Assembly (NCBI GenBank): GCA_034189385.1
Contig: JAXHVD010000019.1
Coordinates: 1-64,000 of the forward strand
Direction: 5' to 3'
Length of the DNA stretch: 64,000 nt
Source of the DNA: Thermodesulfobacteriota bacterium
GTDB taxonomy: Bacteria; Desulfobacterota; Desulfobacteria; Desulfobacterales; C00003060
How positions within the stretch are numbered: position 1 is the first letter of the stretch; every line of letters starts with the position of its first letter. Shown piece after piece: positions 20,011 to 29,468 of the stretch. Position numbers and translations under genes: made by a program. The notes beneath the pieces were generated by a model. The model made no database searches and was not told the DNA's origin. It saw nothing but the letters and a program-made list of their open reading frames with translations.

Positions 20011-21300
20011 ATGAAAACCAGTCTGTCTGAAGAACTCTTTATCAAGGCCCGGAAAGTGATCCCCGGCGGCGTGAACAGCCCTGTCCGGGCCTGCCGGTCC
20101 GTGGGCATGGACCCTCTTTTTATTGAGCGTGCCGAAGGCTCCAAGGTCTTTGACGCTGACGGCAACGCCTATATAGACTATGTGGGCTCTTGGGGTCCCA
20201 TGATTTTGGGACATCGGCATCCAGAAGTGATTGCGGCCATTGAAAAGGTCCTGGCACGGGGAACCAGTTTTGGCGCCCCAACCGATCTTGAAGTGGAACT
20301 GGCCAACATGGTGGTTGAGGCTGTCCCTTCAGTGGAGATGGTCCGGATGGTAAATTCCGGCACGGAGGCCACCATGAGTGCTGTTCGCCTGGCAAGAGGC
20401 GTCACCGGCCGCGACGTGGTGGTCAAATTTGACGGGTGCTATCACGGTCACGGCGACACCTTCCTGGTCCAGGCCGGCTCAGGTGTGGCCACGCTGGGGA
20501 TACCGGGAAGCCCTGGTGTGCCTGAGGCCTGTGTCAAGAACACCCTGTCATTGCCCTATAACGATATTGAACGGGTGAACGAGGTGTTTTCGGAAAAGGG
20601 GGAGACCATCGCAGCCATCGTTGTGGAGCCCGTGGCCGGTAACATGGGCCTTGTGCCGCCGGCGCCAGGGTTCCTAGAGACTTTGAGAAAACAGACCCAG
20701 GACCACGGGGCCGTCCTTATATTTGATGAAGTCATGACCGGCTTTCGGGTGGCCTACGGTGGAGGGCAGGCCCTTTATGGTGTGACACCCGATCTGACTT
20801 GCCTGGGTAAGGTCATAGGCGGCGGGCTCCCTGTGGGCGCCTACGGCGGGAAATCTGAGATCATGATCCAGATCGCCCCTGAAGGGCCTGTCTATCAGGC
20901 GGGAACCCTTTCAGGTAACCCCGTGGCCATGGCGGCGGGCATGGCCACCCTGAAGTGCCTGCAGGCACCAGGGTTCTATGAAGCCCTTGAAGACAACTCC
21001 GCTATGTTGGCCGATGGGCTCAAGGGGGCTGCCGCCAAGGCGGGGATCCCGGTGGTGGCCAATCGGGTCGGTTCCATGCTGGGAATGTTTTTTACCGACC
21101 AAGCGGTTTCGGACTTTGCCGAGGCCCAGAAAAGTGATGTGGCGCTGTTTTCAAAGTATTACAAGGAGATGCTCAACGAGGGCGTATACTTAGCCCCCTC
21201 ACAGTATGAGGCAGGCTTTGTGTCGGGCGCTCACAGCGAAGGGGATATTGAAGCCACCATCCGAGCGGCCACCAAGTTTTTTCAGGCTTTGACAATCTAA
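20011..21300 (+). CDS. hemL: Glutamate-1-semialdehyde 2,1-aminomutase
   Basis: [55 protein letters not shown]. Confidence 0.98.
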   Translation: MKTSLSEELFIKARKVIPGGVNSPVRACRSVGMDPLFIERAEGSKVFDADGNAYIDYVGSWGPMILGHRHPEVIAAIEKVLARGTSFGAPTDLEVELANMVVEAVPSVEMVRMVNSGTEATMSAVRLARGVTGRDVVVKFDGCYHGHGDTFLVQAGSGVATLGIPGSPGVPEACVKNTLSLPYNDIERVNEVFSEKGETIAAIVVEPVAGNMGLVPPAPGFLETLRKQTQDHGAVLIFDEVMTGFRVAYGGGQALYGVTPDLTCLGKVIGGGLPVGAYGGKSEIMIQIAPEGPVYQAGTLSGNPVAMAAGMATLKCLQAPGFYEALEDNSAMLADGLKGAAAKAGIPVVANRVGSMLGMFFTDQAVSDFAEAQKSDVALFSKYYKEMLNEGVYLAPSQYEAGFVSGAHSEGDIEATIRAATKFFQALTI

Positions 21301-21523
21301 TAGCATCGTGGGGCGCTCAGAGGGCGTCACTCTGGCGAACCAGGGATAGGGGGCCTGAAAAGGGGCTGTGGCCTGAAACCTATTGAAATAACACAATTCC
21401 GACGCCTGTTGAGATGACAACAAAAACAGATACCTGACCTATTGCGATGTCACCAAGCATTTAGGGATTGACTTAAGCGGCATGGTGTGGTAGGTAGCGC
21501 CTGGTTTTTCCAAAGGCCACACC

Positions 21524-21790
21524 GTGTCCACGGGGGGTCTTGGAACCGTGTTCTTTGGCAAAAAAATATCAAGGGAAACCAAGGGGCTGTTCAAGGATTT
21601 GTGGTATTACAGCAGCCTGAGCTTTTCCATTGCCCTGTCGATCGTTATCGGTCTGGGCATCGGGTACTGGCTCGACAATCGGGTATTTAAGACAACCTCT
21701 CCATGGTTCACCCTGATTTTTCTCGGTTTTGGCATCGCGGCCGGTTTTCGGAACATATACCTGGCCATGAAAAAGAGCCAAAAGATGTAA
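21524..21790 (+). CDS. atpZ: AtpZ/AtpI-family small membrane protein
   Basis: IGLGIGYWLD...PWFTLIFLGFGIAAGFRN; first gene of the F0 block; exact start uncertain. Confidence 0.88.
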   Translation: MSTGGLGTVFFGKKISRETKGLFKDLWYYSSLSFSIALSIVIGLGIGYWLDNRVFKTTSPWFTLIFLGFGIAAGFRNIYLAMKKSQKM

Positions 21791-21803
21791 AAGGCTTGCG
21801 GGT

Positions 21804-22190
21804 ATGCGTGTCGAAAGAAGAGTACTCAGACTGATTACCGTGTTAAACTGGGTGCTTTTTGTGATGGTTACGATTTCAGGATTCCTTTTGGCACCAGGGC
21901 CTTTTGCCTGGGGTATCGTGGCCGGAGGGCTCATCGTTACCGTCAATTTTCAGCTCTTGTATCGATCCCTCAGCCGGGCGTTGACCCCACCGCACGTGGC
22001 CAACGTCAGAGTGGTTTTGGGAAAGTATTATATCCGTTTCTTGGTCAGTGCTGTCATTATATTCGTGTTAATAGCAGACCATTACGTCCATCCCCTGGGC
22101 CTGATTATTGGCCTGTCCGTAGTGGTCACCAGTATTTTTATAACAACGCTAAACGAAATAAGAAGAATACTTTTTAAGGAGGCGGCGTGA
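21804..22190 (+). CDS. atpI: ATP synthase protein I
   Basis: Four-TM protein (YYIRF...HPLGLIIGLSVV) directly before atpB. Confidence 0.85.
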   Translation: MRVERRVLRLITVLNWVLFVMVTISGFLLAPGPFAWGIVAGGLIVTVNFQLLYRSLSRALTPPHVANVRVVLGKYYIRFLVSAVIIFVLIADHYVHPLGLIIGLSVVVTSIFITTLNEIRRILFKEAA

Positions 22191-22191
22191 C

Positions 22192-22881
22192 ATGGAACAT
22201 CCAATTCTCTTCCTGGTGAAGCTGTTTGAGGCCATTGGCTTCGGAGATTTTGCCCACCACTATCCCCATGTAATTTACACGTGGCTCATTATGCTCATCC
22301 TCATCGTCCTTGGCATTGTTGCCACCAAGGGGATCAGCATGATTCCCACGAAGGGGCAGAATATTTTTGAGCTTGTCATTGGGGGGATTGAAGAATTCAC
22401 TGTTGACGTCGCCGGGGAGGAGGTCCGCCGTTTCTTTCCCGTTCTTGCTACGGTATTTATCTACATATTCGTGTGCAATCTCTCTGGCCTGATTCCGGGA
22501 TTCTTTCCGCCAACGGCTGCCGTCAATACGACCCTTTCTTGCGCCCTCGTTGTCGTGCCCCTAACGCACATTATTGGTGTCATGTTCCACGGCGCCAAGT
22601 ACTACAAGCACTTCATGGGGCCCATATGGTGGATGTCTCCCATTATTTTGCCCATAGAACTGATCGGACATGCGGCCCGAATCCTCTCGCTGAGCATCCG
22701 TCTTTTTGGAAACATGGCTGGCCACGAGTTGGTTTTGGCCATTCTCTTTTTGCTGGCAGGTGCCTTTTTCGCCCCCCTGCCGATCATGGCCCTAGGTATC
22801 TTTGTCAGTCTGGTGCAGGCCTTTGTGTTCTTCCTGCTTTCGACCATGTATTTTTCTGGCGCCATGGAGCATGCCCATTAA
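22192..22881 (+). CDS. atpB: F0 ATP synthase subunit a
   Basis: RILSLSIRLFGNM with the essential Arg; LVQAFVFFLL. Confidence 0.97.
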   Translation: MEHPILFLVKLFEAIGFGDFAHHYPHVIYTWLIMLILIVLGIVATKGISMIPTKGQNIFELVIGGIEEFTVDVAGEEVRRFFPVLATVFIYIFVCNLSGLIPGFFPPTAAVNTTLSCALVVVPLTHIIGVMFHGAKYYKHFMGPIWWMSPIILPIELIGHAARILSLSIRLFGNMAGHELVLAILFLLAGAFFAPLPIMALGIFVSLVQAFVFFLLSTMYFSGAMEHAH

Positions 22882-22945
22882 TCAGAATATAAGTGCTGTG
22901 GAAGAAGCCCATAAATCAAATCTTTTAGTGAAGGAGGGAAAAGCT

Positions 22946-23320
22946 ATGTTTAAGAAACTGTCGTGTTCAACCCTGGGATCTGCATTCCTGCTCTTTGCCC
23001 TGTCCACGGTAGCCTATGCTGCTGGTGGCGAGACAGCCATTGCCGGCCTGAAGTATTTCACGGTCTCCGTGTTCGCAGCAGGTTTTGGTATCGCTGTGGC
23101 AGCTTTTGGTGGCGCTCTTGGCCAAGGTATGGGGCTCAAGTCTGCTGTTGAAGGTATCGCCAGGAACCCTGAGTCCTCAGGTAAAGTGACCGTGACCATG
23201 TTGATTGGTCTGGCCATGATCGAGTCTCTGGTCATCTACGCGCTGGTTATTTCCTTGATCTTGATCTACGCCCATCCGCAGTCTGCTGGGATCGCAGCTC
23301 TGTTTGGCGCTGGTCACTAA
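22946..23320 (+). CDS. atpE: F0 ATP synthase subunit c
   Basis: AAGGAGG RBS before ATG 22946; GQG...IARNPE...AMIESLVIY. Confidence 0.97.
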   Translation: MFKKLSCSTLGSAFLLFALSTVAYAAGGETAIAGLKYFTVSVFAAGFGIAVAAFGGALGQGMGLKSAVEGIARNPESSGKVTVTMLIGLAMIESLVIYALVISLILIYAHPQSAGIAALFGAGH

Positions 23321-23348
23321 TCAGCCATATCACTTAGCATCAAGAACA

Positions 23349-23391
23349 AAACAGGGTTGCCATCGCTCCTGTGGCGGTAGCAACCCTGTTT
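23349..23391 (+). terminator. Rho-independent terminator after atpE
   Basis: AAACAGGGTTGC...GCAACCCTGTTT 12-bp stem followed by a T-rich tract. Confidence 0.8.
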
Positions 23392-23473
23392 GCATTTTGT
23401 CCCAGCCTTTCGCCTGGAACGTGTTTTATAGAGGATAGAGCCTTGTCCCACACATTTGTGGACTAGCTTGCCC

Positions 23474-24109
23474 ATGAAGTCTGTTAACATTCCTCATGTT
23501 GCCATAACCCGTTTGTCACTCTATGCAAGGAATCTTGCCCTTTTAGATCAAAAGGGGGTAGAGATGGTTTCCTCGGCGCGGTTGGCGGACATTTGCGGGG
23601 TGAATCCTGCCCAAATACGAAAGGATCTGGCGTACTTTGGTGAGTTTGGAACAAGAGGCCTCGGCTATTACGTAAAAGAGCTTCTCTATGAAGTCCGCAA
23701 CATCTTGGGTCTGGAAAAGAAATGGCACATGGCCTTGGTAGGCGTGGGCGGTCTTGGCGTAGCCCTTCTCAAGGATGCCGAGTTCGTGAATCACGGGTAC
23801 ATCTTTGTGGCAGCCTTTGAGAAGGACCCAGAAAGGATCGGCATGCACATTGGGGATCTCACCGTTGCATCCCTTGAGACCATGACCCCTTTGATCCAGG
23901 AGAAGGGGATTGAACTGGGTGTCATTGCAGTGAGCGCACCATGGGCTCAAGAGGCGGCTGACAGGCTGGTGAAAGCCGGCGTCAACGGTGTCCTGAATTT
24001 TGCGCCAGTTCAACTCCAGTGCCCTCATGATGTCTATATAGAAAATGTCGACTGGGCGCTTAAACTGGACGTCCTTTCTTATAAGCTCTCCTGGCCCACA
24101 TCACGGTAA
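23474..24109 (+). CDS. rex: Redox-sensing transcriptional repressor Rex
   Basis: RLSLY...QIRKDLAYFGEFGTRGLGY wHTH; Rossmann VGVGGLG; VLNFAP. Confidence 0.95.
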   Translation: MKSVNIPHVAITRLSLYARNLALLDQKGVEMVSSARLADICGVNPAQIRKDLAYFGEFGTRGLGYYVKELLYEVRNILGLEKKWHMALVGVGGLGVALLKDAEFVNHGYIFVAAFEKDPERIGMHIGDLTVASLETMTPLIQEKGIELGVIAVSAPWAQEAADRLVKAGVNGVLNFAPVQLQCPHDVYIENVDWALKLDVLSYKLSWPTSR

Positions 24110-24127
24110 CAACTTGATTGAGCACAA

Positions 24128-26953
24128 CTAGGGCAAGACCTTGCGCAAGAACTGGCCGGTATAGGAATGAGCCAGTTGTGCGATCTCTTGTGGCCTGCCG
24201 CACCCCACTACCTGCCCCCCATCGTTTCCGCCTTCCGGTCCCAGGTCAATGATGTAATCGGCCGATTTGATGATGTCTAGATTGTGCTCGATGACGATAA
24301 TGGTGTTGCCCCCATCGGCCAGGCGGTTGAGTACATCCAAAAGCTTCTGGATGTCTGCAAAATGGAGACCCGTAGTTGGCTCGTCCAGGATGTAGACTGT
24401 TCGACCTCTTCCCCGCCTGCTCAATTCCCTTGAAAGCTTGAGTCGCTGGGCTTCGCCACCCGAAAGGGTGGTAGCAGGCTGTCCAAGGTGGATATAACCG
24501 AGTCCTACGTCGGCCAGGTACTCGAGTTTGGTCCTTATGTTCTTCACCTTTCCGAAAAACTCCAAGGCCTGGTTTACCGTCATATCTAAGGTTTGAGAGA
24601 TGTTCTTGCCCTTGTACCTCACATCCAGGGTTTCCCTGTTGTAACGACTGCCGCGACACACATCGCAGGTGACATAGACATCAGGCAAAAAGTGCATCTC
24701 TATCTTGATGATACCATCGCCGCGACAGGCCTCACACCGGCCCCCCTTGACGTTAAAGCTGAAGCGTCCAGGTTTATAACCTCGGACCCTGGCATCTGGT
24801 GTTCTGGAAAAGAGCTCTCGTACGTATGCAAACAGCCCTGTATACGTTGCGGGATTGGAGCGCGGGGTGCGTCCAATAGGAGATTGGTCAATGTGAATGA
24901 CACTGTCCACTTTCTCCAGGCCCGTGAGTCGGCCATATCTACCAGCGCCTTTTCTGGAGTGATAAAGATGTCGCGCCAGGGCCCGGTACAAGGTTTCAAT
25001 GACAAGAGTCGACTTCCCAGATCCAGACACCCCTGTGACACAGACAAAGCAGCCCAAAGGAAACTTTACGGTAATGCCCTTGAGGTTGTTGGCGTATGCA
25101 TCCTCCAGGCATAAGTAGCCCGCTTTCTGGGGGCGGCAAGCAGATGGCACCGTTATCGTTTTTCGGCCGGAGAGGTATTGGCCTGTAATAGATACTTCAT
25201 GCTTGAGAAGCAAATCAGGTGGCCCGCTGAAAACAAGGTGCCCCCCTTGAACACCGGCGCCGGGCCCCATATCGATGACATAATCGGCGGACAGGATGGT
25301 CTCTGCGTCGTGCTCCACCACAAGGACGGTGTTTCCCAGGTCGCGCATCTCCTCCAGAGTGCTGAGTAGTCTTTGGTTGTCTCGCTGGTGCAGACCGATG
25401 CTTGGTTCGTCCAGTACATAGAGGACTCCAGTCAGTTTAGAACTGATCTGGGTGGCGAGCCGTATGCGCTGCCATTCTCCAGACGAGAGGGAGGCTGACG
25501 GCCGGTCTAGGGTAAGATAGCCCAAGCCTACGCGAGTCAAAAAGAAGAGTCGCGCCTCGATTTCCTTTAATATGCGCTTTGCAATGGTTTCTTGTCTTCG
25601 GCCCAGGTGAAGGGCACTGAAAAATTTAAGGAGTTCCCCTATGGAACGGGCACTGATTTCATGGATAGACTCCCCTCCTATCTTCACTGCAAGGCTTTCC
25701 GGCCTGAGACGGGCACCATGACACTCCGGGCAAGGACACAGGTTCATGAACCTTTCAATCTCCTCTCTCACCTGCTGTGATGAGGTTTCCTTATAGCGTC
25801 GTTCAAGGCTTGAGATGACTCCTTCGAAAGGCCTGCTGTAGGTGTGACGTTTGCCGTCACGTTCCAAATAAAAGACAACAGGTTCGCCCTTTGAGCCATA
25901 GAGCAACAGTTCCTTAAGGAGGGCCGGAAATTTTTTGAAAGGGGTGTAGACATCCACCTGGTGCCTACTAGTGATGGCATCCAATACTTGGTAGAAGTAG
26001 ACTGAGTGGCGGTTTTCCCATGGGATGATGGCACCCTCGCGCAGTGAGAGTGAAGGATTGGGAACAATCAGGTCTGCATCAAATACCATCATAGAGCCCA
26101 GCCCGTTGCATGCAGGGCAGGCCCCTTGGGGGCTGTTGAAGGAAAAGCTGGCCGGTTCAAGAGGAGGATAGCTAATACCGCAATGCAAGCAGGCCGACCT
26201 TTCACTGAAAACAACGGAATGGCCGCCAACAACATCCACCGTCACAAGACCTTCTGAAAGACTCATGGCAAGTTCTATGGAATCGGCCAAACGGTTCCTG
26301 GCGGAGTCCTTGACAGCCAGGCGGTCTACTACTACCTCCACTGTGTGCCGCCTGTTCTTGTCAAGGGTGATGCCTTGCTCCAGGTCATAAATCTTGCCGT
26401 CTATCTGGACCCTGGCAAATCCGTCCCTTCTGAGCCTTTGAAGCAGTTTCTGATGGGTTCCCTTCTGTCTGCTCACCACTGGAGACAAGATGATAATCCT
26501 GGTCCCGTGCTCGAGGGCCATGACTTGGTCCACCATCTGCTCGACCGTTTGGGCGGAAACAGGCTGCCCACACTGATAGCAGAAGGGATCTCCAACTCTG
26601 GCAAAAAGGACCCGCAGGTAATCATGGATCTCGGTGACGGTCCCTACGGTAGATCTGGGGTTTTTCGTAGTCGATTTCTGCTCAATAGCGATAGCCGGAG
26701 AAAGGCCTTCAATGATGTCCACATCTGCCTTGTCCATACGCTCCAGAAACTGGCGCGCATAGGCAGAGAGTGATTCCACGTATCGGCGTTGTCCTTCGGC
26801 ATAGAGCGTATCAAAGGCGAGTGTAGATTTGCCGGAACCTGACAGCCCCGTCACCACCACAAGTCGATTCCTTGGAATGTCCACATCGATATTCTTAAGA
26901 TTGTGCTGTCGTGCACCGCGCACGACAATGGCATCAAAGGACATTTTGCTCAA
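24128..26953 (-). CDS. uvrA: Excinuclease ABC subunit A
   Basis: [38 protein letters not shown], two ABC cassettes, zinc fingers. Confidence 0.99.
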   Translation of the reverse strand: MSKMSFDAIVVRGARQHNLKNIDVDIPRNRLVVVTGLSGSGKSTLAFDTLYAEGQRRYVESLSAYARQFLERMDKADVDIIEGLSPAIAIEQKSTTKNPRSTVGTVTEIHDYLRVLFARVGDPFCYQCGQPVSAQTVEQMVDQVMALEHGTRIIILSPVVSRQKGTHQKLLQRLRRDGFARVQIDGKIYDLEQGITLDKNRRHTVEVVVDRLAVKDSARNRLADSIELAMSLSEGLVTVDVVGGHSVVFSERSACLHCGISYPPLEPASFSFNSPQGACPACNGLGSMMVFDADLIVPNPSLSLREGAIIPWENRHSVYFYQVLDAITSRHQVDVYTPFKKFPALLKELLLYGSKGEPVVFYLERDGKRHTYSRPFEGVISSLERRYKETSSQQVREEIERFMNLCPCPECHGARLRPESLAVKIGGESIHEISARSIGELLKFFSALHLGRRQETIAKRILKEIEARLFFLTRVGLGYLTLDRPSASLSSGEWQRIRLATQISSKLTGVLYVLDEPSIGLHQRDNQRLLSTLEEMRDLGNTVLVVEHDAETILSADYVIDMGPGAGVQGGHLVFSGPPDLLLKHEVSITGQYLSGRKTITVPSACRPQKAGYLCLEDAYANNLKGITVKFPLGCFVCVTGVSGSGKSTLVIETLYRALARHLYHSRKGAGRYGRLTGLEKVDSVIHIDQSPIGRTPRSNPATYTGLFAYVRELFSRTPDARVRGYKPGRFSFNVKGGRCEACRGDGIIKIEMHFLPDVYVTCDVCRGSRYNRETLDVRYKGKNISQTLDMTVNQALEFFGKVKNIRTKLEYLADVGLGYIHLGQPATTLSGGEAQRLKLSRELSRRGRGRTVYILDEPTTGLHFADIQKLLDVLNRLADGGNTIIVIEHNLDIIKSADYIIDLGPEGGNDGGQVVGCGRPQEIAQLAHSYTGQFLRKVLP

Positions 26954-27539
26954 TCCGGTGCCCTATTTTAAGGTCACAAAGGGGTTGATGAAATGGCAAA
27001 CGAGCTGTTGTAACCACGCCGAGTCCGCTGCAAGGGAAGCAAAAAAAGATTTGAGATGTGCACTTCAACCAAGGCCCACTCTTTTGGATCGTGAGTCTTG
27101 GTTTTCCTGTGCCTGCCGACGGAAACATCGTGGGTGCCCTCCTTATGCTCATAAGAATGGAAAGACCGGATCTCACCGCCAAATGGTGACGAAAAGGGCG
27201 TCCGTCTGTCATTGTCCATGGCAAAGGGCCTATCGTCAACAGATATTCATGGGTCCCAGTTGCGAGCCATAAGGCTATATTTATCTGTATTCTGGTTTTG
27301 GTGGAGTTGAACAAGGCAAGCAGGAGATTCGCCGGTGGCAAGATAGGCGCTGTGACCAATCTCGTTTCCATCTCGGTCGCTTTGTTGTCTCTTGCCGACT
27401 AGGTGTTTGCTTGACCAATATCTCCCAGAGAAAGCGTTTTTTCCCCCAAACGCTCTTCACGATAGGCCACCTGTCCTACCTGGCTTTTGGCGGCATCAGG
27501 ATCGCCAGTGACTGACATCTTCAACAGGAGTAGAGCCCC

Positions 27540-27960
27540 CCAGTCTCCCGTTGGATTTCTCCTTTCCCAAGATATCCTTACTTAACGGGATGTTGCCCAA
27601 ACCGCAATCTCTTTGACCGGTTCGTTGGGGCGTTTTTTGCCGACAAATCTTGGCGATGCGAAAAACGAGCGATTTCAACTTCTTGAGCCCGAAGGGCGAG
27701 TTTTGAAAGCGCCTGGAGCAAGCCTTAGATTTGTCAAAAAACGTCTCAGAACAAGGGAAAAGGGATTTGGGCAACAGCCCGTTAACAAATGGCCCAAGCC
27801 ATGTTCTTTCTGACAACTCGAGGCAAAAACGACAAGACCCTCTTTTATAAATATCTTGACTTTATGGCCGCCACCGCTACCCTGCAAGACACTGGTTGCT
27901 TTCATGGAACAACACCTGCAACAGACTGGCAAGCAAAACGCCTCAATGGGCCCTTAAGTA
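27540..27960 (-). pseudogene. DUF4388 (PatA N-terminal-like) domain relic, frameshifted and interrupted by a MITE
   Basis: Fragments LKGPL / ASLLQVLFHES / ATSVLQGSGGGHKVKIFIKEGLVVFASS..HGLGHLL; removing the 27582-27785 element restores GHLLSKDILGKEK in frame; boundaries approximate. Confidence 0.5.
27582..27785. mobile_element. MITE copy 1 (about 200 bp, 20-bp terminal inverted repeats ending in TTAA)
   Basis: TTAACGGGATGTTGCCCAAA ... TTTGGGCAACAGCCCGTTAA; no transposase coding capacity. Confidence 0.85.
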
Positions 27961-28102
27961 AAATGGAATAGCCGTCTTTTCACGGTGCTGTCATGGTTGA
28001 CGCCTCCGTAGAAAGCCTTTTTCGGGCGACATAGCGCATTTTGAGAGAAAAGCAACGAGGATGTTCGGCGTTAAGAAATGCTTACTGTTTGAGGGCCTTA
28101 GC

Positions 28103-28305
28103 TTAACGGGCTGTTGCCCGAATCCCTTTTCGCTTGGGCTAAAGCGCTTTTTGACAAATGTAGGGCTCGCTCCAGGCGATGTCAAAACTCGCCCTTCGGG
28201 CTCAAGCAGTTGACATCGCAAGTCTTCCACTTTGCCAACATTTGTTGGCAAAAGACGCCTTAATGCCCGCTCAAAGGAATTCTTGTTTGGGCAACAGCCC
28301 GTTAA
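28103..28305. mobile_element. MITE copy 2, opposite orientation to copy 1
   Basis: TTAACGGGCTGTTGCCCGAA ... TTTGGGCAACAGCCCGTTAA; shares internal TTGAGCCCGAAGGGCGAGTTTTGA (reverse complement) with copy 1. Confidence 0.85.
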
Positions 28306-28542
28306 GTCTTAACATTTTAGCCGAACATTACAAGTGCCCCCATCTCTTTTCAAGCCCGCAGGCGCAAATGCTCAGGGAGAGAGAAAAAGGGACTCTTCCC
28401 AACGTCATCATGGGTGATGGAGGTGAAGCTCCAACAATCGAGAATATGCAATAAATTCTGTGGGATTGTATGTGAGTTGTTACCTGTAATCTTCAAGCCG
28501 GATGCCGACAAAATGGCGTCCCAAGAGCAAAAAGGTGAAATC

Positions 28543-28848
28543 ATGGCCATTGCAGAAATCAGCGTGGTTCCCATCGGCACAAAGTCGACCAGCCTCAGCA
28601 GCTATGTTGCCGCGTGTCTCAAGGTTTTGGAGGACTCTGGCATGACCTACGAGCTTCACGGCATGGGAACCAACATTCAGGGGGACCTAGAAGCCCTCTT
28701 CGAGGTTGTCCGGAAAATGCACGAAGTGCCTTTTGGGCGAGGGGCACTTCGAGTAGTGACCAACATCAAGATAGATGACAGGCGAGACAAAAAAGGCTCG
28801 GCAAAGGGCAAGGTGGACGCCGTGTTGATGAAACGACGACAGGTCTGA
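28543..28848 (+). CDS. MTH1187/UPF0045 family thiamine-binding protein
   Basis: MAIAEISVVPIGT..SLSSYVA...YELHGMGT...RVVTNIKIDDRRDK. Confidence 0.93.
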   Translation: MAIAEISVVPIGTKSTSLSSYVAACLKVLEDSGMTYELHGMGTNIQGDLEALFEVVRKMHEVPFGRGALRVVTNIKIDDRRDKKGSAKGKVDAVLMKRRQV

Positions 28849-29468
28849 TCTTTCCAATCCGCTCTCGAAAGCCCCCTTTTTCCGTCCATTGTGCGCTACA
28901 TTCATCCGAAGAAGCTAAGGGGCCTCGTCTCCATAGTAAATAATGGGCCCCTTATGGCCAAAGGCCCCAAGGAACAGGCCTGTCATCCTCATCGCCGCAC
29001 CGATTACGACTATCTCCATTTTTCTTCCAGACAAGAGACGAACGAGATGATCTGTTTACAAAACAAAGACTTCCCGAATCTTGACCCAGAAGGGGAACTT
29101 CTTCATATACGCCTCTCTCTAACTCATGTCTTGTATTGCCTGTTTCACAATAGGGACATTTGGGCCTTGCACTTAAAGGGGACATATTTGGTCTGGTAAC
29201 ACAATTCTCCTATCCACGCCTTGATAGCCTGTGTCACAGGATGGTATAGGTCAAGCTGTAAGCTAGGCCTTCTCTTGCCATGAGTTCTGTGCAATGGTCT
29301 TGCTGGAACAAGACATGGTCCCCAAAATGCCCACGACGCGTCCAAACGCTCCGACATGGGCCCTTTGACTGGTGTCACGTATCTCTAAGGCACCACACAA
29401 GATGGATCAAAGAGTTCATATACGAGTGAAAGGGCGATAAAGGGCTCCAGCTATTCTGGAGGGCTGTA

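Noticed and set aside
26934..27371. ORFs upstream of uvrA and a possible LexA box
   Set aside because: No recognisable protein motif and no SOS-box pattern I can identify
27496..28454. ORFs of 60-106 aa overlapping the MITEs
   Set aside because: They are translations of repeat DNA with no transposase motifs
28952..29185. 77-aa ORF with CPYC
   Set aside because: A single CxxC with no second pair and weak start context; cannot be supported
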